Positions 40,043 through 50,287 of a stretch of DNA of 64,000 nt are shown piece after piece (the stretch's first letter is position 1; every line of letters starts with the position of its first letter). The position numbers and the translations under genes are program-made. The notes under the pieces were generated by a model. That model had not been told where the DNA came from, ran no database searches, and saw nothing but the letters and a program-made list of their open reading frames with translations. Origin of the DNA: an uncultured Verrucomicrobiae bacterium (GTDB lineage: Bacteria; Verrucomicrobiota; Verrucomicrobiia; Chthoniobacterales; JAFAMB01); NCBI GenBank assembly GCA_963837955.1, contig CAWIPH010000002.1, positions 1,888,001 to 1,952,000 on the forward strand, read 5' to 3'.

Positions 40043-40354
40043 ATGAATATGCTCGCGTTTGGAGCGCCGGGACCGTCGGAATGGGTATTGATTCTGGTTA
40101 TTGTGTTGGTGCTGTTTGGCGCCAAAAAACTTCCCGAACTGGCGCGGAGCTTGGGGCAAAGCATGAACGAATTTCGCAAGGCGCGGGAAGATTTCGATAA
40201 GGAATTGCATGCGGCTGGAAACGAAGTAAAGGGAGCGGCGCAGCCACCCTATCAACAGCCTCAGAACCAGCAGCCGTATCAGCCTCCCCAAAATCCGCCG
40301 CAGCCAAATCCGCCGGCGGTGCAGAATCCGCCTCAACAGCCTCCTCAGGCCTGA
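40043..40354 (+). CDS. tatA: Twin-arginine translocase TatA/E subunit with a Q/P-rich tail
   Basis: E..LIL....LFGAKKLPELARSLG....EFRKA. Confidence 0.93.
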   Translation: MNMLAFGAPGPSEWVLILVIVLVLFGAKKLPELARSLGQSMNEFRKAREDFDKELHAAGNEVKGAAQPPYQQPQNQQPYQPPQNPPQPNPPAVQNPPQQPPQA

Positions 40355-40361
40355 TTTTTCA

Positions 40362-40548
40362 CCCGAAGGGGCGTCAGGACTCCGCGGAATGCGTTCAAAG
40401 GCCTTGCGCCCCGAAATCGGCGCAGGTTCGATAGGCTAACGAATCCTCGGCGCGGGATTCTTGCGAATCCCCCCGAAGGGGAGCAGGACTCAGCCTGGGG
40501 TTTTAACCCCAGGAGGCGTTGTTTAATTCGATATGCCCTGCAAGGGCA
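40362..40548. repeat. Partial REP-like repeats related to family A
   Basis: CCCGAAGGGGCGTCAGGACTC, CCCCGAAGGGGAGCAGGACTCAGCCTGGGGTTTTAACCCCAGG and GCCCTGCAAGGGC hairpin. Confidence 0.65.
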
Positions 40549-40616
40549 CTAACTTCAACGCTGGCGCAACACCTGAATCAGGTCCGATCGCCCGTTCATA
40601 CGGCCCACGAATCCGG

Positions 40617-41036
40617 TTATTTTCCCGCCTGCGCCTTCGCCAGATGCGCCGGTAACCGATCGGCATATTGGGCGACGCCGTTACCAAAGGACCAATTTTC
40701 CATGGCAGCTTCGACGAGGCTGATGAAGACGTCTTCCTTGCGGACTCCCTGCTCGGCCGCTAGTGACCCGGCGATGCTGCTAAAGAGCGCCTTCTTCTGC
40801 TCCACCGTGCGGCCAGGGGCTAGTGTAATCTGAATGATGACGATCCCATCGGTACGCTTGATATCGAGATAGTTGGGGTTGTACACCAAGTCCGCGCCAT
40901 GCTCTGTGATAATCTGAAAGCGGTCACCCTCTGGTATCCCAATTGCCTTCACCATTGCGCGATGTACGCAGTCAGCGATCCCATGACGGATCGCCTGCGA
41001 GCGGCTATGTTTCAGTGAAATCCGAACGAACGGCAT
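40617..41036 (-). CDS. Tautomerase superfamily protein (MSAD/YusQ-like)
   Basis: Catalytic Pro-1 (MPFVRI), DRFQII, GRTVEQK, NWSFGNG. Confidence 0.9.
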   Translation of the reverse strand: MPFVRISLKHSRSQAIRHGIADCVHRAMVKAIGIPEGDRFQIITEHGADLVYNPNYLDIKRTDGIVIIQITLAPGRTVEQKKALFSSIAGSLAAEQGVRKEDVFISLVEAAMENWSFGNGVAQYADRLPAHLAKAQAGK

Positions 41037-41261
41037 AGGGTTTCTTCTCTTTTCAGGTTGGCTTTTTCCAGGCGGCCCGTTTGGCATCCCGGATGCAGAA
41101 CAATAAGGACCTTGTTTTTCGCCATTACAAGTCGCCCTACCGTGGGCGACTAATGGAAACACTTTTAGAATGGCCAGGATCAATTTGTTTCTACAAGAAA
41201 TATAACATAAATAAAAGAAGTTGCTATATTCATTATTTCCTGCTTTAGTTCTGACGTTCTT

Positions 41262-42197
41262 ATGAAACGGAACGGCAACCGAGAGATCTGGCGTATAAAG
41301 CGGGCCTGGCTCGCGCTGCTGCTGTTCATGCTATGTCTGGCTCTGGTTTCCGTTGTCCGAGGCGAGCAGGCGGTAGTTTTTGCCCATTACAATCTCGAAA
41401 ATTATCTAGTCATGGATCGACGGGATGGAGGGCAAATTGTTCACGCGGCAAAACCAGAAAAGGAAATCGAGCCGCTACTTCGGATTATCCACGAAATTCA
41501 TCCGGACCTTTTGGGTGTCGCGGAGATGGGTACGCCGGATCAGCTGCAGAGTTTTCGGGAACGACTGGCCCAAGAAGGAATTACTTTTGTTGATACAGAG
41601 TATGTGAGTGGTCCGGATCCGGATCGGCACATAGCCCTTTTAAGCCGTTTCCCGATTGTCTCTCGCAATTCGGAAGCAAACGTTCCGATTCACATGCCGA
41701 ACGCGACCGAATCGATTCGACGCGGCATTCTCGATGTGACTGTGCAGATTGCTGGCTTTCGCTTGAGGCTGATCGGAGCGCATTTGAAATCGAAGTTGCC
41801 CGTGCCGGAAGGAGAAGAGTTGGTGCGACGACAAGAGGCGCAAGAATTGAGAAGCCATGTCGATCGAGTCATGAAAGAAGCGCAGGATGTACCGCTTCTC
41901 GTTTACGGCGATCTCAATGATACCAAGGAACAACCGGCCATTCAGGAGGTATTGGGCGATCGCCAAAGCCCGAATCATCTCACCGATTTGTGGCTATCCG
42001 ACTACACGGGGGATCACTGGACCTATTACCAGAAATTTACCGATACGTACGCGCGGATCGATTACATATTGATCAGCCGATCGTTGCTACCTTCAATTGA
42101 CCGCAGGCATTGCTATGTCTTTCGGTCGGCGGATTGGAACCAGGCTAGTGATCACCGGCCGGTCGTGGCGACAATCCGAATCCCGGAAGGGAAATGA
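41262..42197 (+). CDS. Exported endonuclease/exonuclease/phosphatase family protein
   Basis: YNLEN, AE, HLKS, GDLND, RIDY, SDHRPV. Confidence 0.9.
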   Translation: MKRNGNREIWRIKRAWLALLLFMLCLALVSVVRGEQAVVFAHYNLENYLVMDRRDGGQIVHAAKPEKEIEPLLRIIHEIHPDLLGVAEMGTPDQLQSFRERLAQEGITFVDTEYVSGPDPDRHIALLSRFPIVSRNSEANVPIHMPNATESIRRGILDVTVQIAGFRLRLIGAHLKSKLPVPEGEELVRRQEAQELRSHVDRVMKEAQDVPLLVYGDLNDTKEQPAIQEVLGDRQSPNHLTDLWLSDYTGDHWTYYQKFTDTYARIDYILISRSLLPSIDRRHCYVFRSADWNQASDHRPVVATIRIPEGK

Positions 42198-42353
42198 CAA
42201 ATGACAGACCGCGGATGGAAATGCCTGATCCTGAACTGAAACGGAACACGTAAAATGCTGCGGCGAACTGCCCCGACCGCCACGAGAGATTAGATGATCA
42301 CAACGCTTTCTTCGACCCGTCCGTGCGTCGCGACCACTTAGGACCGGCTGCTT

Positions 42354-42584
42354 ATGAATGAACAGCTCAAAGAGTTGATCTATGCCACGGAATTTGTTCC
42401 GTTTCGCGTTTGGATGAACGATGGCTCTGTCTATTCAGTCCTTTCTAGGGAACACGCCTGGCTGGGGACCGGTAGGACCGGTATTTTGTTTGTGGAAGCC
42501 GATTCCGGAGCGGCATCCGTGTTGCAAATTCGCAGCATAGCAGCAATTGAAACCGGGACAGGCTCAGTGACAGATGCTGAATGA
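42354..42584 (+). CDS. Small hypothetical protein
   Basis: Plausible start and composition (F.PFR...DG..Y pattern); no function recognised. Confidence 0.6.
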   Translation: MNEQLKELIYATEFVPFRVWMNDGSVYSVLSREHAWLGTGRTGILFVEADSGAASVLQIRSIAAIETGTGSVTDAE

Positions 42585-42955
42585 GTTGGTCCGAGAGGTG
42601 GAGAAGATCCTGGTCCTGGGTGTAAAGATCGAGAGGGACCGGATCCCCGCGATCTATTCGTTAGCGTGCGAGAGGATGCCTGCCCTCCTCATTTGGTGTG
42701 ACTCAACATCCGAGAGGCGATTGGAGGAGGCGGAAACGCCCTCGGGGAGAGCGGACGCTCGGGAGCGGGTCCTCCCAGATTTGGACGTTGAAAGGGGGTA
42801 GCCGCTAGCGCTCGGCTCCGAACCAGTGGACTGTAAACCGCAAGGCGTGAACGCTGATCATCTTCTTCCTTGCAGGGAGACCCAGCGCACCTAATGTCGC
42901 GGGGCGTCCCGCGATCGTTTGGCGTGAAAGTGGGCCGTTTGATGTCTGCAACGAT

Positions 42956-44227
42956 ATGGCCAATACAGTTTTAGTCGGCGCACAGTGGGGAGATGAGGGA
43001 AAAGGCAAGGTCATCGATTACCTGACGGAGCAGGTCGATGTCGTTGTGCGAAGCCAAGGAGGCAATAACGCGGGTCACACTGTGGTCGTGGGTGAGACGA
43101 CTTACATCCTGCGGCTCATTCCTTCCGGCATTCTTCGGCCAGACAAGATTTGTATCATTGGAAACGGGGTCGTGATCGATCCGATCTCTTTGTGCCAAGA
43201 GATCGCCGAACTGGAAGGACAGGGAATTCAGATTACGGAGCGCAACCTGCTGATTAGTGAGTCAGCCCATTTGGTGTTTCCGTACCATCGGCTCATCGAC
43301 GAACAACGCGAGGCCGCGCACGGTAGGAACAAGATCGGAACCACTAAGCGTGGGATCGGACCAGCGTACGGCGACAAGGTCGCCCGAGTCGGGATTCGTG
43401 TCTGTGATTTAATGCAGCCGGATCTGTTCGAGGAGCGTCTGTTTGCCCGGGTCCAAGAAGCAAACTGGCTACTGGAACATCTTGGCGGTCAGCTGGTGGA
43501 TCCGAAAAAGGTGCTCTCAGAATACCTGGTAGCCGGAAAACGGTTGCGTCCGATGCTGAAGAACACAGTGCTCGAAATCCACCGGCTAATGAATGAAGGG
43601 AAGCAAATACTCTTTGAGGGCGCCCAAGGAACCTTCCTGGATATCGACCACGGAACTTACCCATACGTCACTTCGTCGAATACAACTGCCGGCGGCGCTT
43701 GTACTGGTGCCGGCGTGCCGCCCAATCGAATTGATCGAGTGGTGGGGGCGATGAAAGCGTATATGACCAGGGTGGGAGAAGGTCCTTTTCCAACGGAGGA
43801 TGAAAAAATCTCGGACTTGTTGCACGGAATGGGTCGTGAATTTGGAGCGGTCACGGGAAGAGCTCGGCGTTGCGGCTGGTTCGATGCAGTGGCTACTCGG
43901 TTTGCCACGATCGTGAACGGGATCGACCAGCTTGCGGTCACGAATCTCGACGGCCTGGATGGGCTGCACACACTCAAAATATGCACCGGCTACGAGATGG
44001 ACGGGGAAAGCGTTTCTTTGCCCCCCGCCTGCGTTCGGCAGCTCGATCGTTGCAAGCCGATTTACATCGAGATGCCTGGTTGGAAGAGGCCAACCTCGGG
44101 TGTGCGTACTTTCGCTGATCTGCCGGCCAATGCGCAGAATTATCTGCACAAGATCTGCGAGCTATCGGGTGCCAAACTGATGCTCGTGGGTGTGGGGCAG
44201 AAGAGGGAAGAGACGATTCTGGTGTAG
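42956..44227 (+). CDS. purA: Adenylosuccinate synthetase
   Basis: GAQWGDEGKGK, GGNNAGHT, EGAQG..LDIDHGTYPYVTSS, TGRARRCGWFD. Confidence 0.98.
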   Translation: MANTVLVGAQWGDEGKGKVIDYLTEQVDVVVRSQGGNNAGHTVVVGETTYILRLIPSGILRPDKICIIGNGVVIDPISLCQEIAELEGQGIQITERNLLISESAHLVFPYHRLIDEQREAAHGRNKIGTTKRGIGPAYGDKVARVGIRVCDLMQPDLFEERLFARVQEANWLLEHLGGQLVDPKKVLSEYLVAGKRLRPMLKNTVLEIHRLMNEGKQILFEGAQGTFLDIDHGTYPYVTSSNTTAGGACTGAGVPPNRIDRVVGAMKAYMTRVGEGPFPTEDEKISDLLHGMGREFGAVTGRARRCGWFDAVATRFATIVNGIDQLAVTNLDGLDGLHTLKICTGYEMDGESVSLPPACVRQLDRCKPIYIEMPGWKRPTSGVRTFADLPANAQNYLHKICELSGAKLMLVGVGQKREETILV

Positions 44228-44283
44228 GGCCGGCGCTGATTGCTGATCTGTATCGACCCCTGATCTGCATGCATAATCTGAGC

Positions 44284-44348
44284 GCCGATGTGTCCGACGA
44301 AGCCTCCTCCGATGTTCGAACGTGACTTACGGTTGGCGAAGTCGGAAG
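44284..44348 (+). repeat. Dispersed repeat family B copy 2
   Basis: GCCGATGTGTCCGACGAAGCC..GGCGAAGTCGGAAG, inverse of 35239-35303. Confidence 0.8.
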
Positions 44349-44454
44349 CCGCTTTCCGATGTTCGAGCCACGGTTGACGATCGGCCAAGTCGGAAGGCGC
44401 GTCCCAAGATAGCCTAAGGCGAAGCCCTAAAGGGATCCAATCAAATGAGAATAA

Positions 44455-44524
44455 CAAGCGCTGAAAGGGCGTGACAATGCGAACTGATACGGTGCGTATT
44501 GGGCCTGATCGGTGCCCTTTCAGC
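44455..44524. repeat. REP-like family C copy 1
   Basis: CAAGCGCTGAAAGGGCGTGACAATGCGA..ATACGG is repeated at 47393; GCTGAAAGGGC/GCCCTTTCAGC inverted pair. Confidence 0.7.
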
Positions 44525-44588
44525 AGCTTCAACCCGGCTGCGCGGGTGTTTTTCACCGTAGGAACATTCATTTAGTGGCGTAGTGGAG

Positions 44589-44800
44589 TCTTCCTTCGCT
44601 AAGAGGAGGGATGCAACGAGGAGGCTTGGCAAGTAATCCGCTTGCCCAGTGGTGTTTAGCAGTAACTAAACCCGCCTTTCAGCATGGAATCAGACGCTAC
44701 GATTTTTTCACTGGTGGCTGGAAAGCACTGTGGTGCTTGCAAGACCCCGTTTATGAGAATGTCTCGATCTTTCGCCGTCTGAGCCAAGCCTCCTTCGTTG
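44589..44800 (+). ncRNA. Candidate IS110 bridge/seek RNA
   Basis: Long closing stem 44615-44630/44783-44799, several internal hairpins, short matches to the target and donor junctions. Confidence 0.6.
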
Positions 44801-44816
44801 GCTAATCAACGAGAGA

Positions 44817-46225
44817 ATGAAACAACACGAGAAGACAAAAACCAAGTCCGAAGCGCCAAAACCGTTACACGAGCCAGAGCCCGATGCGGCTGGCATTGAT
44901 GTAGGAGCCAATGAAATCTGGGTTGCTGTAGCGCCTGATCGTAGCGAGAAGCCAATCAGAAGATTTGGTGCATTTACTCAGGAGCTCAAGGCCATTGTCC
45001 AGTGGCTGCGAGATTGCGGGATTCGTACCGTAGCAATGGAATCGACCGGTGTTTACTGGATTCCACTCTATCAGCTTCTGGCCGATGCCGGACTGAAGGT
45101 CTGTTTAGTCAACGCCCGGCATGTCAAAAATGTACCGGGTCGCAAAAGTGACGTGGGCGACTGTCAATGGTTGCAGTACCTCCACAGCGTGGGTCTATTG
45201 CGGGCTTCTTATCGGCCCGATCAAGCCATCTGTGCCGCGCGGAGCATTTACCGCTATCGGCAAAATCTGCTCACCCAGGCTGCTCAGCATCTCCAGCATA
45301 TGCAGGCGGCCTTGGATCAAATGAATATTAAGCTCCACCACGTCATCGACGATCTGACGGGCATGACGGGGCTGGCGATCATCGAGGCCATTTTAGAGGG
45401 TGAGCGAGACCCACACCAATTGGCCAAGCATCGCGATCACCGAATCAAAGCTTCCCAACAAACCATCGTCAAAGCCTTGGAGGGCGATTGGCGCAGCGAA
45501 CACCTCTTTGTTTTAAAAGTGGCCTGGGAAAATTGGAAGCAGGCTCAACACCAAATCCAAAAATGTGATCAACAGCTGCTGGAATACACCCGCCAATTGG
45601 AAGCCTGTACTACTCTGGCCAAGCCGATCAAGACCGTGCGCTTGAGCACGCAAGCAGCCGGCTCTCATCCCGTTGCCCGGCCCAGCAAACCGCGCAGGAA
45701 AACCAGCAAGAATGAACCCCCGGGGCCTTGGCGAGAAGAACTCTCTCGCTTCTTTGGCGTTGATCTGACCGCTATCCCAAGCATCAGCGTTCTCACCGGT
45801 ATTACCCTGATGACCGAGCTAGGTAATGACCTGGGTGCTTTCAAGAGCGCACACCACTTTAGTTCCTGGCTCTGTCTGTGTCCGGATAACGAGACCAGCG
45901 CTAGCAAAGTGCTTCGCCGAGCGACCCGTCGCAGCCAAAATCGGGTTCGACAGGCATTGCGCATGGCTGCCTCTTCCTTGCACCATGATAAGAGTACCTG
46001 GGAGACAAATACCGACGCTTGCGCGCCAAACTAGGTGCTCCCAAGGCTATCACCGCCATGGCCCACCAATTAGCCAGAATCCTCTGGCACCTCATCGTTC
46101 ATCGAGTCCCCTTTGATCTGACCATCTTTGCTGCTTACGAAAAGGCCAATCAGACCCGACGTCTCAAACGACTCTCCTCTGCTGCCCGCCAGATGGGCTA
46201 CCAACTGACTCCTATCGCTACCTGA
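44817..46225 (+). pseudogene. IS110 transposase/recombinase, frameshifted near 45995
   Basis: AAGIDVG, AMESTGVYW, RKSDVGD (DEDD), LCPDNETSA; adding one T at ~45995 restores HDKSYLGDKYRRLRAKLGAPKAITAMAH. Confidence 0.9.
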
Positions 46226-46545
46226 GACCGATCTCCGCTGTGAACTCCACGCTAAACTCCACCATGTTCCTTATGAGGGCGGTGCTTTCTCCTATGAGAG
46301 ACACAAGCCGTACCGCAGAAATACCGCAGATTTTGACTAGTTCGCGGGAATAACGTGCACATTCAACGCTCGGCGTGGCAGGACTTAGGTGCATGTTAAA
46401 AAGGATCCGCGAGAAAGTGGTGATGGAGCAGCGCTGGGAAAAGCGTAGCAAAATCGGCATATCAGGTTAGTCTGTAGGCATTCGTGCGGCTTTATCCAAA
46501 ATCGCACACCCCCCCACTACAAACTATTCACAGAAAGGTGTTTTT

Positions 46546-46791
46546 ATGTACGTTACCGCCATTCATCACGTCCACGATCCTGCCGGATTTCAGAAGGCCG
46601 AGGCTGAGGCTTTGAAGAAGGGACTCCCATCGGAATTCAAACTCCCCATCCATGGCGCGACGAACGATCACTCGATGGGGATCTGCATCTGGGAGGGCCC
46701 GTCCGTGGAAGCGGTTCAGGAGTTGGTCGACTCGGTCGTGGGACCCTACAGCAAGAACGAATACTTCGAAATGACGGTACAGGGCCTTTAA
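46546..46791 (+). CDS. Small hypothetical protein (possibly a dimeric alpha-beta barrel)
   Basis: RBS GAAAGGTG; CIWEGPSVEAV pattern. Confidence 0.7.
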   Translation: MYVTAIHHVHDPAGFQKAEAEALKKGLPSEFKLPIHGATNDHSMGICIWEGPSVEAVQELVDSVVGPYSKNEYFEMTVQGL

Positions 46792-46819
46792 CGGGCCCCG
46801 CAGCCGCAAGAAGTAGGTG

Positions 46820-47026
46820 CTAGAAGTGCAAAAATGACTTGAGCCGCTCGTACTCCTCCTTGCTGATCTCCCGAAGCTCAAAATCCGCTTTCGCTCTTCC
46901 GGTCTTGTGCGCTGCTTCGGCGAGCGCTCCCGGCGCACTGTAGCTTGTAGCGACCGGTTCCTTGGCTGGATCGTCTTTCAGATAAGCGATGTAGTAGAGA
47001 TCGAATTCTGGGATTTTGTTGAGCAT
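46820..47026 (-). CDS. Small hypothetical protein
   Basis: 68 aa ORF with protein-like composition, convergent with 46546-46791. Confidence 0.55.
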   Translation of the reverse strand: MLNKIPEFDLYYIAYLKDDPAKEPVATSYSAPGALAEAAHKTGRAKADFELREISKEEYERLKSFLHF

Positions 47027-47392
47027 GAATAAGTGTTCATGCGAACATATGCTACCGTCAAGAGGTGCATTCTTGAAACATGTGTTCGGCTGAGTACCAT
47101 TAGCGGGTGAGTAGCGTCGTACCAGAGTGGTTGGACAAACAGATCTGGCCGCAGATTTGGCAAATGTTGGTCAATGACGCGCATTTTAGACTGTTCGAGC
47201 AGGCACGAGTAATCACAGGGAAGTTCAACGGCAAATCTCGCAGCTCATACATGACGGCTACCTTACCTTTCAAATGGTTGCGCATAGGCAGCGCTGAGTC
47301 GTGCTGGCCCTTTGCGGTAGAGAAACCGCACCGCAAATCTTAAATTAGCGCTTATGGGGCGAAGCACTAGGAATGGCACAACAAGAGAAGAT

Positions 47393-47431
47393 CAAGCGCT
47401 GAAAGCGCGTGACAATGCGAGACTAATACGG
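47393..47431 (+). repeat. REP-like family C copy 2
   Basis: CAAGCGCTGAAAGCGCGTGACAATGCGAGACTAATACGG. Confidence 0.7.
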
Positions 47432-47438
47432 CGGTGAA

Positions 47439-48609
47439 ATGATTCGTCTAGCGCGCATACGAAGCCTCCTCGGTACAATCGCGCTAGTAGTTGCTCCGCT
47501 ATCAGCACCGTGCGCCTCTTATCCGCAACTCCCGGCCGCAGGCTATTTGGCTGGTGAGCCGATATCGACAACCGTTGATTCCGCACTAGCCAAATACTAT
47601 TTGGAAAGCTCCGTTTCGCGCGCCACTGCGAACTCTGAGTTGGATCAACGCGTTGCTCATATTGAGCAGCGTTTCAAAGACCGTTCTCTTGACTGGACGG
47701 CATTAAAAGAAATTTCCAAGGAAACCTCACCAGATTTCGCAACGCTATTTTTCGCCAACCGAAGCTTATCCAACAGTCTGAACGCAAAACTTCAGAAGGC
47801 CTACGTCAGAGAGGTAGAAAGGATCAATTCTGCCACTCACCAGAACCATTGGGCTGGGGTCGTCCGAAGCGAACTTCGACATTATAAGCTTATCTTCATA
47901 CCCGGATTTCATTACCTAAGCGATCAATCATCAGGAGCTGATTTTTACAACCAGCGGCAATTATTCCGTCAGCTCGGTCTTCATGTTGAGTTAGCCGCAA
48001 CCCAAGAGGATGGCACAATTGAAGAAAATGCCGCAATCATCGCTGGGATAGTGCGCACCGAGAGTAAATCGAGCACCAACCTGATCTTGATAAGTGCAAG
48101 CAAAGGCGGACCGGAGACCGCATTGGCGCTGGGAAAAATACTGGATCCTACTGAAACTGCCTCCGTCAAAGCCTGGTTAAGCGTTGGGGGATTGATCCAG
48201 GGGACCTTTTTGGCGGATCATGTGATGGGCTGGCCCAAGTCCTGGCTGGCAAGGATTATACTAATCTATTCGGGAATCGATCCTCGAAGCTTATCCGGGA
48301 TGACAACTAAGGCGAGTAGAGAAAGAATGAAAGAGCTTAGGTTGCCGCGCCATATCTTTATGCTCCAGTTCATTGGCACGCCACTTTCGGGAGACATCGC
48401 TAATCGATGTCAGGGGCCGATATATGGAACTGCGGAAATACGGACCCAATGATGGTCTAACTCTTTTAGCAGACGAATTACTACCTAACGGAGTCACCGT
48501 TATTGAGCCGCGCCTCGACCATTTTTATCGAGATCCTGAGATTGATCTGAAGTCGCTGGCCCTTGCGAACACCGTGGCCGATGAGCTAAGCCGATCACCT
48601 AATCATTGA
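47439..48609 (+). pseudogene. Exported alpha/beta-hydrolase-like protein, frameshifted near 48403
   Basis: Signal peptide, FIPGF oxyanion motif, SASKGG nucleophile elbow; NDGL and DH catalytic-like motifs continue in another frame (48373-48609). Confidence 0.7.
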
Positions 48610-48610
48610 A

Positions 48611-48686
48611 CGTTGCGGCCGGTTCGATGCGGTCGCTACTCGGTTTGGCGACGATCGTGATCCTGATCCGTATTTACCCTTTGATC
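48611..48686 (+). repeat. Decayed duplicate of the purA 3' region (att-like scar)
   Basis: 48611-48660 matches purA 43868-43916; 48663-48686 resembles 44243-44265 just downstream of purA. Confidence 0.8.
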
Positions 48687-48895
48687 AGTTGAGGGCGGGT
48701 CGCTTGATTGGCGCTCGCGAGCATCCTGGCCGATTAGCCAAGCGGATCTGTCATAACTTGGCCTCGCTGGATACTTGCAGGCTGGCACCTGTTGCTGTTG
48801 CTCAGGATATTGCGCATCCAGTCTCTCAGGCTTGCGGCGTTAACCATCTCAGCCCCAAGCAGGTCCATGACTTGCTGCTGATTGCCAGCGTAGCG

Positions 48896-50260
48896 ATGGC
48901 CAGACAAATCAAATTCAATGCCTTTCACATGAACTGCGCCGGACATCAGTCGCCCGGCCTCTGGACTCATCCGCGAGATCGCTCTTATCAATATACCGAT
49001 ATTGAATACTGGACCGAGCTAGCCCAAATCCTAGAGCGGGGGAAGTTTGAAAGCATCTTTCTCGCAGATGTCCTGGGTGCTTACGACGTCTACCAAGGCT
49101 CTCCCGACCACGCTTTCAGACAGGGTCTGCAAATCCCCGTCAATGATCCATTGTTCCTGATTCCGATCATGGCGCAGGCAACCCGGCACCTTGGATTTGC
49201 AGCCACCTGCTCCGTTATCTACGAGCATCCTTACTCTTTTGCTCGCCGCATGTCGACGCTCGACCATCTAACCAAGGGGCGCGTCGGCTGGAATATTGTC
49301 TCCTCCTTTCTGGATAGTGCCGCCCGCAATTTTGGGATGAAAGGTCAAATCGATCACGATGAGCGATATGACATTGCCGATGAGTACATGGAGGTCTGCT
49401 ACAAGCTCTGGGAAGGGAGTTGGGAACAAGACGCCGTGGTACGCGATCGCAAACAGCGGCTCTTCAGCGATCCGCGCAAGGTACACGATATCAATCACCA
49501 CGGGCGCTATTACACGGTACCCGGCTTCCATCTGAGCGAGCCTTCTCCTCAACGCACGCCGGTTCTTTTCCAAGCTGGTTCGTCTCGTCGCGGGAGCGAA
49601 TTCGCCGCCCGGCACGCGGAGTGCATCTTCATCGGTGGTCCTTCCAAGATCTACCTGAAAAATTATATTGAGAGGGTGCGCAACCGCGCCGCTGAATTTG
49701 GCCGCAATCCGGAAGATGTTCTTTTCTTCAAAGGACAGAGCGTGGTGGTCGCTGAGACCGAGGCGAAGGCTAAAGCCAAGTACGCAGAATTGCGCGAACA
49801 TGTGAGCTACGATGGTACCCTTGCTTTGGTTTCGGGATGGACCGGCATCGATTTTGGCAAGTATCAGCCTGATGACGAACTTCGTGACGTCGGGACCAAC
49901 GCCGGCCAGGGCACTTTGGAATTCCTGACCAACGCCGATCCAACCAAACGCTGGACCCTGAGAGAAATGGCAGATTGGATCGGGGTCGGCGGCGGGGCGA
50001 TCGTCGGTTCTCCCGAGCAGGTTGCCGACTCAATGCAGGAATGGGTAGAAGAGACTGGTTTAGACGGATTCAATCTCTCGTTCGCGCTTGCGCACGACTC
50101 GTTTAGCGACCTGGTCGATCTGGTAGTGCCAGAATTGCAGCGACGCGGAGTCTACCGAGAAAACTATGGCTCCGGTACGTTGCGCGAAAATCTATTTAAC
50201 CAGTCAGGTCATCTTCCGGAAACTCATCCTGCTGCTGTTTTCCGCCATTTGGACGCCTAG
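48896..50260 (+). CDS. LLM-class flavin-dependent monooxygenase (NtaA/DszA/SnaA family)
   Basis: FLADVLG, TLDHLTKGRVGWNIV, PSPQRTPVLFQAGSS, VVPELQRRG. Confidence 0.93.
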   Translation: MARQIKFNAFHMNCAGHQSPGLWTHPRDRSYQYTDIEYWTELAQILERGKFESIFLADVLGAYDVYQGSPDHAFRQGLQIPVNDPLFLIPIMAQATRHLGFAATCSVIYEHPYSFARRMSTLDHLTKGRVGWNIVSSFLDSAARNFGMKGQIDHDERYDIADEYMEVCYKLWEGSWEQDAVVRDRKQRLFSDPRKVHDINHHGRYYTVPGFHLSEPSPQRTPVLFQAGSSRRGSEFAARHAECIFIGGPSKIYLKNYIERVRNRAAEFGRNPEDVLFFKGQSVVVAETEAKAKAKYAELREHVSYDGTLALVSGWTGIDFGKYQPDDELRDVGTNAGQGTLEFLTNADPTKRWTLREMADWIGVGGGAIVGSPEQVADSMQEWVEETGLDGFNLSFALAHDSFSDLVDLVVPELQRRGVYRENYGSGTLRENLFNQSGHLPETHPAAVFRHLDA

Positions 50261-50287
50261 CACAGATTTTGCAGTGAAACTCTCCCA

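Larger units (their letters stand above)
44586..46277 (+). mobile_element. IS110-family insertion sequence
   Basis: DEDD transposase gene; no terminal inverted repeats; ends inferred from a shared GAG core (44586-44588 and 46275-46277) and from guide-like matches in the 5' non-coding end. Confidence 0.8.

Noticed and set aside
40240..40354. Q/P/N-rich repeats in the tatA tail
   Set aside because: TatA C-termini are commonly disordered and low-complexity
42574..42801. 75 aa ORF forming a toxin-antitoxin pair with 42354-42584
   Set aside because: No toxin-antitoxin motifs; its 3' end is the translation of a REP-like repeat
45980..46010. Programmed ribosomal frameshift in the IS110 gene
   Set aside because: No slippery heptamer at the site, and IS110 recombinases are normally single ORFs
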